From a virus, in IMG/VR virus record IMGVR_UViG_3300034066_002191: DNA of 64,000 bases, one strand, 5' to 3'. The position numbers were made by a program, and so were the translations under genes. The notes under the pieces were generated by a model, which saw only the letters and a program-made list of their open reading frames with translations, was not told the origin of the DNA and searched no databases. Below, piece by piece: positions 55,893 through 64,000 of this stretch; the first letter of the stretch is position 1, and every line of letters begins with the position of its first letter.

Positions 55893-58196
55893 TCAAATAG
55901 TACAACTTTCACAATCACTTTCCTGCGATTCCAAGATGTCATCCAATAATGATTGTAATTCTTGTTTTGGTTCTTCTGTTACCTCATCAGTTTTAATGTC
56001 ATAAGTGTTTTGGTAGTATGCCGTCTTATGTCCGTACTTATATGTGGTAAGAAAATCATTTGCCATCACTGAAACTGGCACCTCATTGTCTGGATAGTTT
56101 TCTGGATTATAAGACCAATTTCCAGAGATTGCCTGATCGAAGAACTTTTGCATCACAGCAACAATATTAATATAACCACGATTGGACTCCATATCCCAAA
56201 GAAGCGTATAATTGTTCTTAAGAGTGTGATATTGAGGAACAATCTGTTTGAGTGGACCTTTCTTGGATTTTTTAATGGACAAGTACCCTCTAGGAGGTTC
56301 AATTCCGTTGGTTGCATTTGACACAACGGAACTGCTCTCCGATGGCATTTGTGCGGACAATGTTGAGTGCCGAAGTCCATACTCCAAGATAGATGCTCTA
56401 AGAGTTTCCCAATCATGTTCCAAACCAATAGAAGAAATTTCGTCTACATCTTTTTTGTAAGTATCAACTGGAAGAATTCCATCAGCATACTTGGTACGAC
56501 CAAAGTATTCACAATGGCCTTTTTCTTTAGCAACTTGATTTGATGCCTTTAGAAGGTAATATTGAAATGACTCAGAAAGACCATGGACCGCATCCCATGC
56601 TTCTTGAGAATCATAATTGAATCCAAGTTTTGCCAAATAATGAGCGAGACCAATATACCCAATTCCCAATGATCTACGACGCTTTGTAAAGTTTTCTGCC
56701 GCTTTTACTGGATATTCCTGATAATCTATCAATTCATCCAAAGAACGAACGGTAAGATCACAGAGTTCTTCCAATTCTTCATCAGATTTCACTTTACCGA
56801 CATTAATAGCAGATAGAATACAGGTAGCAATCTCAGCATAATTATCATCGTCGATGTGCTGAATAGGTGTTGTCGGCTCAGTGATTTCTTGGCACAAATT
56901 ACTCATGGTAATTTGATCTTTATAAGAACTATGGGAATTACAATGATCTATATTCATTATGTAAATTCGACCAGTTTCTGCTCGTTCTTTTAAAACATTC
57001 AATATTAATTCTTGTGCCTTAACTTTTTTCTTTGGGATCGAAGGATTGTTTTCATAAGATACATAGAGATCATCGAATGTGGGTAGTCCAAAGTTATCAT
57101 AAAGTCCAGGCACATCGTTTGGAGAGAAGAGCGTGATTTCTTCATTTTTGATGAACCTCTCATAAAATATCTTACTAAATTGAATGGAATAATCTAGTTT
57201 ACGAACACGATTATCTTCTGTTCCTTTATTGTTTTTAAGAACAATAATATCTTCTATTTCTTGGTGCCAGATTGGGAAGTGGACTGTCGCGGATCCACCT
57301 CGTATGCCATTTTGCGTGCAACATCTGACAGTTGCTTCAAACTTCTTGAGAAATGGTACAACACCCGTATGTTGAACTTCTCCCCCTCTGATTTTGCCGT
57401 TGATGCCACGGATCCGACCAGCGTTGATGCCGATTCCCGCCCTCTGTGCAACATATCGACCAATAGCCATATCACTGCTAAAGATAGAATCGAGGGTGTC
57501 ATCAACATCAACAAGAACACAACTAGCAAATTGTCTAAGTGGCGTTCTAACTCCTGCCATGATGGGAGTTGGGATGTTGATTTTGTGCTTTGAGATTGCG
57601 TCATAATACCTCTTTATATAAGAAAGACGAGTTTCTTTTGGGTACCTAGAAAACATCGTAAGAGCAATCATAATGTACATAAATTGTGGGGTTTCGTACA
57701 ATTTGCCAGTACTACGATCTTGTACCAAATACTTATCTACGACTTGCCGTAATCCAGCATATGTAAACAAAAAGTCTCTGTCATGATCAATGTAAGAATT
57801 TACTTTATCAATATCTTCTTTTGAGTAATAGTCATAAATCTGATGATCATATATCTTCAAAGAAACGCAATTATTAATATGATCTTCCAAATGAGGAATA
57901 TCTATTGTCCCACCAAAGATTTTTTTACGAATAGAAAATAAAAGAAGTCGTGCCGCAACATACTGGTAATTGGGAGCTTCCAGAGAAATCAAATCAGAAG
58001 CAGATCTGATGAGTATTTCTTGGATTTCATCTGTGGTAATTCCATCATAAAATTGAATGCCAGATGTCATTTCTACTTGAGATGCAGAAACTCCGGAGAG
58101 CCCCCTACAAGCCTCACCAACCATCAGGTGCATCTTATCTAGAGCCAAACCCTCGATCCTTCCATTTCTTTTTTGGACTTTAATTCCGTTGGTCAT
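55893..58196 (-). CDS. nrdA: Ribonucleotide reductase class Ia alpha subunit
   Basis: ATP cone, PTPIMAG, SCVL, SNLCQEI, C-terminal CESC; no intron or intein. Confidence 0.96.
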   Translation of the reverse strand: MTNGIKVQKRNGRIEGLALDKMHLMVGEACRGLSGVSASQVEMTSGIQFYDGITTDEIQEILIRSASDLISLEAPNYQYVAARLLLFSIRKKIFGGTIDIPHLEDHINNCVSLKIYDHQIYDYYSKEDIDKVNSYIDHDRDFLFTYAGLRQVVDKYLVQDRSTGKLYETPQFMYIMIALTMFSRYPKETRLSYIKRYYDAISKHKINIPTPIMAGVRTPLRQFASCVLVDVDDTLDSIFSSDMAIGRYVAQRAGIGINAGRIRGINGKIRGGEVQHTGVVPFLKKFEATVRCCTQNGIRGGSATVHFPIWHQEIEDIIVLKNNKGTEDNRVRKLDYSIQFSKIFYERFIKNEEITLFSPNDVPGLYDNFGLPTFDDLYVSYENNPSIPKKKVKAQELILNVLKERAETGRIYIMNIDHCNSHSSYKDQITMSNLCQEITEPTTPIQHIDDDNYAEIATCILSAINVGKVKSDEELEELCDLTVRSLDELIDYQEYPVKAAENFTKRRRSLGIGYIGLAHYLAKLGFNYDSQEAWDAVHGLSESFQYYLLKASNQVAKEKGHCEYFGRTKYADGILPVDTYKKDVDEISSIGLEHDWETLRASILEYGLRHSTLSAQMPSESSSVVSNATNGIEPPRGYLSIKKSKKGPLKQIVPQYHTLKNNYTLLWDMESNRGYINIVAVMQKFFDQAISGNWSYNPENYPDNEVPVSVMANDFLTTYKYGHKTAYYQNTYDIKTDEVTEEPKQELQSLLDDILESQESDCESCTI

Positions 58197-59167
58197 ACTT
58201 TTTTCCATTCGTTAAACTTAAGTTTTGCTTCTAAGCCAGAGTAAGTATTTAATTCTATCATAGATTGGACATTATGTCCAGACAGAAACATTTCATTTAC
58301 ATCTTTTTCTTTAATCGTAATTGGCCATATTACGATTGAATCGCCAGACTGAATTTTAGAATCCATTCTTTTATGAATTTCTATATTCCTCGGCTCATTA
58401 TCATAAACATAAACTGGACGAGAAATATTTAGATCTACTAAGTTCAAATCGGATCCACACATTGCAATTGAATTTTTAATAAATGTAGAATCGAATGGAC
58501 CTTCTAGTACATAAACGAATTGTTCCAAATCCACATCATCATAACCATAAAGTTTTGGAGAATCTTTATCTAACATTATGGTAATATATTTTATTGGACT
58601 AGGGTCCAACGATCTTCCCTGGAATCCAACTAATTCTTTTTTATAATACAATGGAATTATTATTCTAGGTTCTTCATATTTTAAACTTTTTTCATCAAAT
58701 GTATGGATTAAAGAATTGGTCCATTCTTTAAATTTTTCTGCGTAGTAAAATTTAGATGCGTCCAATTTTCTATATTCTAGATACCGTTTTGACCTTTCGT
58801 TTTCTGAAGCTTTAGGTAAATTTAATCTAGTTTTAAATTTAGGCGTTTGAAACTTAAATTTTGGAGCCTCTGCTGTGAAGTTCTTTCCAGTAAATCCGGA
58901 GGAATATTTTTCCAAACAATATTCTTGATGCAGAACTGGATCAAATGTTTTTAAGAAATTATTAAGTGACACATTAATTCCACAATTATGACACTTATAA
59001 TTTGTATTATTTTTTACAGAGTAAAAATATCCCCTTGCTCTGGATTTGTTCTTCCTAGAATCTCCACAAATTGGACATCTGCAGTTGTATAGATTCTGGT
59101 TCTTTTTCGCAAATTTATCTACTCTCGAAGATATAAGATTGATGTACTTATCATCAATTAGATCCAT
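58193..59167 (-). CDS. gp61: DNA primase gp61
   Basis: RCPICGDS, CHNC, GFQGR, EGPFDS, DNEPRN, KDVN. Confidence 0.93.
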   Translation of the reverse strand: MDLIDDKYINLISSRVDKFAKKNQNLYNCRCPICGDSRKNKSRARGYFYSVKNNTNYKCHNCGINVSLNNFLKTFDPVLHQEYCLEKYSSGFTGKNFTAEAPKFKFQTPKFKTRLNLPKASENERSKRYLEYRKLDASKFYYAEKFKEWTNSLIHTFDEKSLKYEEPRIIIPLYYKKELVGFQGRSLDPSPIKYITIMLDKDSPKLYGYDDVDLEQFVYVLEGPFDSTFIKNSIAMCGSDLNLVDLNISRPVYVYDNEPRNIEIHKRMDSKIQSGDSIVIWPITIKEKDVNEMFLSGHNVQSMIELNTYSGLEAKLKFNEWKKV

Positions 59168-59226
59168 AATCTAAAATTAACCTTTGGTTCTTCAGTATAC
59201 CACCAATAGCCCAGAGCGTCAAGCCC

Positions 59227-59640
59227 TCACTTGAATGGTCTGTTTAATTGGTGGTGCTGTTGCATCTCTGATGGAGTCCACCAACCGGATGCCAAGGAAG
59301 ACAATGCTCCAGTCAGTACTACAAGAAGAACACCACAACCAACAGTCATCCATTTAATTTTATTAATTTCTTGTACTTTTTCTTCTATTGATTCTATTCT
59401 TCTTATGACTTGGGTATGATCTTTGTGATTATCTGCTTTAACATCATCTATCATTTTCACAATGATATTATCAGATTTATTACATTGTTCTATTCTTTCA
59501 TCGTGCACAGCTAACATTTTCATTATATTAGAATTGACTTCACTTAATTTTTCAATGGCGTCATCTAACTTATGTACTATATTAGAAAAGTCTAATAACT
59601 TTTGCTCTAGAACTGCTAACTTTACTGCTTCTTCTGACAT
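59227..59640 (-). CDS. Coiled-coil protein with C-terminal TM helix
   Basis: LAVLEQ...MLAVHDERI; hydrophobic C-terminal segment. Confidence 0.6.
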   Translation of the reverse strand: MSEEAVKLAVLEQKLLDFSNIVHKLDDAIEKLSEVNSNIMKMLAVHDERIEQCNKSDNIIVKMIDDVKADNHKDHTQVIRRIESIEEKVQEINKIKWMTVGCGVLLVVLTGALSSLASGWWTPSEMQQHHQLNRPFK

Positions 59641-59707
59641 GTTAGTGAATTTTAATTTTTCTCTGTCTTTAATCCACCAACAAATGAATTATACTAATAT
59701 TTATATT

Positions 59708-59941
59708 TTACAAGAGCCCCATTGACTTTAACCACTTTTCGTATTTCTGGTGATATTGTTTTGTTCTCTTATCAACTAAACCACCTATAGTTCTGCGAAA
59801 CATTCCCAATTCTGCTTTTGGGTCAAACCCGGCTGTTGGTCCTTCATTTGGAGAACTTCCGCTAAATGCTCCTCCCTGTCCTGGAGCATTTGCTACCATG
59901 TTTTCTCTTACAATTTGGATTACTCTGTCTAACTTACTCAT
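59708..59941 (-). CDS. Small conserved hypothetical protein
   Basis: MSKLDRVIQIVRE...GPTAGFDP. Confidence 0.55.
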   Translation of the reverse strand: MSKLDRVIQIVRENMVANAPGQGGAFSGSSPNEGPTAGFDPKAELGMFRRTIGGLVDKRTKQYHQKYEKWLKSMGLL

Positions 59942-60314
59942 TTGTAATTTTTTCCAATTCTTGTGCACAAAAAATATCTATTGGAATGTCATGTATATAC
60001 CCTCTTGGATACTCAGGCAGTTTATTCAAAAAGACTACAAAAGTTTTCATGTAAGGCCATAAATCATTATCAATTTTAAAAAACAACATTGGAGTAGTTG
60101 CTTCCCCAAATATATTATAAAGAATCACAAAATGGTTAATTAACAGGTGCGTTTTTAACACACCTGTATTTTTATACCTTCTGAATAATCTTTTTATATA
60201 TTTAAAATGATTTAAATCTCTATCAAAATCTTCTTTGGTCACTGCCTGAGGATTTTCATAATTTTTAATCGCAAATAAGAGAAAATTTTCCTCATTCAGT
60301 TCAGTAAACAGCAT
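59934..60314 (-). CDS. Conserved T4-like hypothetical protein
   Basis: FAIKNYENPQ...F..DL..FKYIKRL, LL.NH...LYN.FG. Confidence 0.75.
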   Translation of the reverse strand: MLFTELNEENFLLFAIKNYENPQAVTKEDFDRDLNHFKYIKRLFRRYKNTGVLKTHLLINHFVILYNIFGEATTPMLFFKIDNDLWPYMKTFVVFLNKLPEYPRGYIHDIPIDIFCAQELEKITNE

Positions 60315-60320
60315 GTAATA

Positions 60321-61082
60321 TCAAGCTAATGGATTTGAATCGTATAATGGGGTGTTTCCAGTTTGAATTCCAGACATTGCCACTAGGGTCTCAGTTTTAA
60401 CTCTAAGACTACCAGATGCGTCAATATATGTAGTCATCCCAACCCAACCAGCATGAGTTAGTGCATATGAAGTTGTTTGCGCAGAATCTAGTCCTGCGCC
60501 AGCAACACCATAGACTGAAGAATTCTGCTCTCCTGTCAATCTTGTAACAGTCACTTGAGCGCCAGATGCAATTGCAACATTAATTGTAGATGCAAGAGAA
60601 ACAATGGAGCCAGTAACTGAAGCTACTGACCTTGATACGGTACCACTAGCTAATGTATCTCCAGTCTGTATACCAGAAACTGAAACTAGAGTTACTTTAT
60701 CTGAGCCAATACCAGAAGTAGCTGCAGCTGATGTTCTAACAACTAGTGTTGTTTCTGCCGCTGATTGTGTTTTTTGAGTATATACACTGTCCCAAGTAGT
60801 ATACTTTGGCAGTTCACTTATATCAAATTGAACTCCAGAAATACTTGCACCACTAAGAGCAGAAGTAGAAGCAATGGAAAGTTGAGTAGTACTAGCAATC
60901 CCAACAATAATCGCATCACCAAAGTAACTGTTAGGTCTTGTGCCAAAACGAATTATATCTCCAATTGCAGCAGCACCAACTTGACCAAAAGTAGTTCCGC
61001 TACCGGTTACAACAAGAGTAGCGTAATCTAAAGATACTGTACCACCAGATCCTTTAGCATCATTATTTCCCCAGAGTGCCAT
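60321..61082 (-). CDS. Virion structural protein
   Basis: MALWGNND, HAGWV, RVKTETLVAM; TATAAATA at 61115-61122. Confidence 0.7.
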   Translation of the reverse strand: MALWGNNDAKGSGGTVSLDYATLVVTGSGTTFGQVGAAAIGDIIRFGTRPNSYFGDAIIVGIASTTQLSIASTSALSGASISGVQFDISELPKYTTWDSVYTQKTQSAAETTLVVRTSAAATSGIGSDKVTLVSVSGIQTGDTLASGTVSRSVASVTGSIVSLASTINVAIASGAQVTVTRLTGEQNSSVYGVAGAGLDSAQTTSYALTHAGWVGMTTYIDASGSLRVKTETLVAMSGIQTGNTPLYDSNPLA

Positions 61083-61173
61083 GTCTTTTTTCCGTAAAGA
61101 TTATTTTATATGAATATTTATAAAAAAAGAGACCTACTAAGAAGGTCTCTTTTTAATTTATGTTAGCAAAAAA

Positions 61174-61344
61174 TCAGCAATTTTTTAGAAGTGCAGTTCT
61201 TACTGTTCCTGCAATTACATCATCAATATCGTTATCAGTTGTTTTTACATAACGCTCAAGTAGTTCTACTACAAGACGCTTAGTATGACAAGAGTTCAAT
61301 GCAGCAATAAGAAGTGGCTTTACGACCTCTACTAATACTCCCAT
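61174..61344 (-). CDS. Small conserved protein (56 aa)
   Basis: MGVLVEVVKPLL...KRLVVELLE.YVKTTDNDIDD; AGGAGG SD. Confidence 0.65.
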   Translation of the reverse strand: MGVLVEVVKPLLIAALNSCHTKRLVVELLERYVKTTDNDIDDVIAGTVRTALLKNC

Positions 61345-61385
61345 AATGTCCTCCTTTGTAATTTTTGGATAGTATCCAAAAATAT

Positions 61386-61811
61386 TTAGGAATTAACAAC
61401 ACTTTGACGATAATAATCTATAAATTCTTTCAATCTTAGAGAAAGTTGTCTTGTTTTTGGCTTTGGTAATTTTGAACTTTTTTCTGGTTTTTTCAATTTT
61501 GGTTTCTTGTGCGGCTTAACCTTCAAATCTTTTGGGGCAGGAAATTCTGGAATCCACTTTTGAACATATTGTTTTGGCGTGGAAGAAACTTGCTTTTGTG
61601 GTTTTGGAGTTTGTTCAGTTTCTGGTGCAACAGTGACATATGAAACCCCCCCACCAGTTTTCTGTATTGGAGAACGATCTCTTCTAGTACTAACTCTAGC
61701 TCTTTCTGCTGGAGTTAGCACATCTCTTCCTTGTGGTCTGGGCCTAGATCCAGAAATATTTGCCTCATCAATTCTCGAAAGAAGTTGATTAAATGTTATT
61801 GACATTTTCAA
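61386..61811 (-). CDS. Basic low-complexity late protein
   Basis: ATGA-coupled to the upstream gene; Lys/Pro-rich. Confidence 0.5.
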   Translation of the reverse strand: MKMSITFNQLLSRIDEANISGSRPRPQGRDVLTPAERARVSTRRDRSPIQKTGGGVSYVTVAPETEQTPKPQKQVSSTPKQYVQKWIPEFPAPKDLKVKPHKKPKLKKPEKSSKLPKPKTRQLSLRLKEFIDYYRQSVVNS

Positions 61812-63079
61812 TTTTCAACTTTTTTAGGTAGACCTTTATGTGAAGTTTTCGCGTATTTGCGAATCTGAGCTTCACTCATTTCATCTACAATATCAAGAAC
61901 TTGTTGACTAACTTCAGATCTTGAAGTTTCTCCTCGTTTAACAGAAAGTGCCAAACCAAAAATCTTCTGTTGTTGCTTGCTTTCTGCTTTCTCTAAAAGA
62001 AATAATTCAATTTCTTCTCTGACTCCGCCAGGGCCAACACCTCTAGTAATCCCCCTGAGAAATGTCCCAGCTGCAGTACCAGCAGCACCAGCACCCGATG
62101 CTCCCCTTTCTCTCGCTTTCTTGGCTGCTCCAGCAGCTTCAACACCGGATAATACAGTTCTTGCCAGATCTCGTTTTCCTCTCTTGACTACATCAGATAA
62201 TGCAGTTCTTAATGTTTCTTTTGTCTCTGGAGATGTGACAAATTTTTTAACCTTTTGTGCCGCATTTTCAAATCCTTTTGGTTTAGTTTGAGATGGTACT
62301 GCAGCACTAACGGACTTATTTCCTTTGTCCACAGTAACTTTTTGCGCAGCAGTTGGCTTCTTTTTGGCTGCTTCTCTAGCATCAATTTCTGCTTTTATTT
62401 CTTCATAAGATTTTCCGCCCTTTCTTTTCTTAGCTGCTCTTGCTTCGGTCAAAATAAGATCTTCCGAGACACAGAAGACATATTCAATAAATTTATCCAC
62501 TCCGAGATCTTGAATTACCATCTGAAGTCCCTCTTCATTCAAACCCTGCTCATAAAAATACTCGGTGGCAATGTCGATAATTTCATCAACATATTCTTCA
62601 GTCAACTCTACACTTTCGCCTATATTAACATTAGGGTTAATATCTACTTTATTGGCAATACCAGAACGCTCTTTGATTTGTCTCTGCTTTGCATCTTCGA
62701 TATCTGATTCGACATCTCCTACTTTTTCATATAAATCATACCTCCAATCAGAATATGATTCATCCATTTTTTTCTTTTTTCTTTTTGGTGGATCTCCGTC
62801 TGGGGTGCGTCCCATAGCTCTTTGTATTGCATTATGCCTTGATCCAAGAAATTCGTCTTCTCCACTTTCTACTTTGCCATCTTCATCATAATCAGCGTCT
62901 GCTTCATCACCATCGTCATCATCATTATCTTTCTCATCTTCATCGTCATTCTTCATCTTCTTATTCTTTTCTTCAATATACTGAAGATATTCATCCCTTT
63001 CTGAGACCACAAGACCAGAAACAGATTCCAAGTAAATCTGCTTCATTTCATTTAGACTTTCTACAATACGTTCAGACAT
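61808..63079 (-). CDS. Putative internal head/core protein with C-terminal DUF3008-like segment
   Basis: Acidic repeats; KAESKQQQK.FG.AL..KRGE...M....IRKYAKT.HKGLPKK. Confidence 0.6.
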   Translation of the reverse strand: MSERIVESLNEMKQIYLESVSGLVVSERDEYLQYIEEKNKKMKNDDEDEKDNDDDDGDEADADYDEDGKVESGEDEFLGSRHNAIQRAMGRTPDGDPPKRKKKKMDESYSDWRYDLYEKVGDVESDIEDAKQRQIKERSGIANKVDINPNVNIGESVELTEEYVDEIIDIATEYFYEQGLNEEGLQMVIQDLGVDKFIEYVFCVSEDLILTEARAAKKRKGGKSYEEIKAEIDAREAAKKKPTAAQKVTVDKGNKSVSAAVPSQTKPKGFENAAQKVKKFVTSPETKETLRTALSDVVKRGKRDLARTVLSGVEAAGAAKKARERGASGAGAAGTAAGTFLRGITRGVGPGGVREEIELFLLEKAESKQQQKIFGLALSVKRGETSRSEVSQQVLDIVDEMSEAQIRKYAKTSHKGLPKKVEN

Positions 63080-63106
63080 TTGTATAAATTCTTAAAACCT
63101 ATACAG

Positions 63107-64000
63107 TTATTTATTGTTTAAACTCTTTCTATATTTTTTAATAAAATTTTTAATTTTTTTAGTATCGCTCATACGCATTGCATATTCTCTATATGGATCG
63201 GTTCCTACCAGTCTTTGATCGGCAGGAACTCCGGAAATATTAGTCCACTCTGTTAAATCTTTTATCCAAGACTTAAACATAATTCCATCTTCAGTTACGC
63301 AAATCAAATAGTTAGGACCACGACGAGTCACTTTACCAACTAAACCAGTATTTAAATTTTCTACTATATCACCAACATTAAATATTTTTTCTTGGTAGTA
63401 TTGTTCTCTCAATCCCAATAAATCTAATTTTGGTGCATATTCCCAGACTTCTTGTACTTCTTTTGGTGCTTTCTTTCCGAGCATAGTTCTCTGGACAGCA
63501 AAAAACATTGCCTGAGAGTCTTTATCTTTCATTCTTTTTGGTACTCCAGTTTTAAATGACTGGAAATTGTCGTCAACTGCGGCTTTTCTGAGTTTGGATG
63601 CCGACATACCAGAGACTCCATCGGCATCTGGATCTCTCGGACCAGCAGGAACTACATTAATCTCATCAAAAGAATATATCTGCCCATTATATTGGCCTGC
63701 CAATCTTTCAAATTCTGGTAGTCTTTCTGATCCAACAACAATATTGACTTTTTTATATCCATCTTCGTTTGCGGCAATTAAAACATCAAATATTGTTTTC
63801 ATTTTGTCATCATTAACAATGTTTTCCGTGAAATCAGGAAACATCTTTTTCATGTACTTAACTTTAGATGCTGGATCTAATGGATTCTTTTTTGTATCTT
63901 GTGTTCTTGAAGGATAGATCTTAAAATCGCCACCGGCAGCAATTTCTTTTGCTTTTTTGATGAGCTTTTCGTGACCAATTGTTGGTGGATTAAATCTACC
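63107..64000 (-). CDS. Cytidyltransferase-like nucleotidyltransferase, 5' end outside the window
   Basis: Frame open to the window edge: GRFNPPTIGHEKL, KNPL, VVGSER, GMSASKLR. Confidence 0.85.
   Translation of the reverse strand, partial: GRFNPPTIGHEKLIKKAKEIAAGGDFKIYPSRTQDTKKNPLDPASKVKYMKKMFPDFTENIVNDDKMKTIFDVLIAANEDGYKKVNIVVGSERLPEFERLAGQYNGQIYSFDEINVVPAGPRDPDADGVSGMSASKLRKAAVDDNFQSFKTGVPKRMKDKDSQAMFFAVQRTMLGKKAPKEVQEVWEYAPKLDLLGLREQYYQEKIFNVGDIVENLNTGLVGKVTRRGPNYLICVTEDGIMFKSWIKDLTEWTNISGVPADQRLVGTDPYREYAMRMSDTKKIKNFIKKYRKSLNNK

Noticed and set aside
54677-58196. Introns or inteins in nrdA/nrdB (and thyX)
   Set aside because: Continuous ORFs of normal length

Overview
An AT-rich 64-kb segment of a T4-like cyanomyovirus (Kyanoviridae-like; probably a freshwater Synechococcus/Cyanobium-type host), almost all on the minus strand. 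In coordinate order it holds: baseplate/tail genes (hub proteins with cell-wall hydrolase domains, gp51, gp26, gp54-like, gp4, gp2-like, gp48, gp53); replication and late-transcription genes (gp32, gp59, gp33, exonuclease, phoH, thyX); many small ORFs including speD and glutaredoxin; the auxiliary metabolic genes gnd, talC, psbA, two hli, petF and a Som-type porin; an ~11.5-kb GDP-fucose/colitose-type sugar and glycosyltransferase cluster; 7 tRNAs; nrdB, nrdA, primase and late/virion genes. Highlights not visible in the ORF track: (1) psbA is split into 5 exons by four group I introns, each with a readable P1/P10 guide, and splices to an intact 360-aa D1. One intron holds a frameshifted GIY-YIG gene, and a free-standing EndoVII/F-CphI-like nuclease follows the gene. 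(2) A complete -1 programmed ribosomal frameshift signal (SD-like + A_AAA_AAG + stop + hairpin) links a C39-like peptidase to a GH24 lysozyme that has no convincing start of its own. (3) A glutamine (glnA-type) riboswitch with an NtcA box precedes a DUF4278-like micro-ORF. (4) A manA-like structured RNA appears to have a membrane-protein ORF inside it. All family assignments come from motif recognition by eye; no database searches were run.
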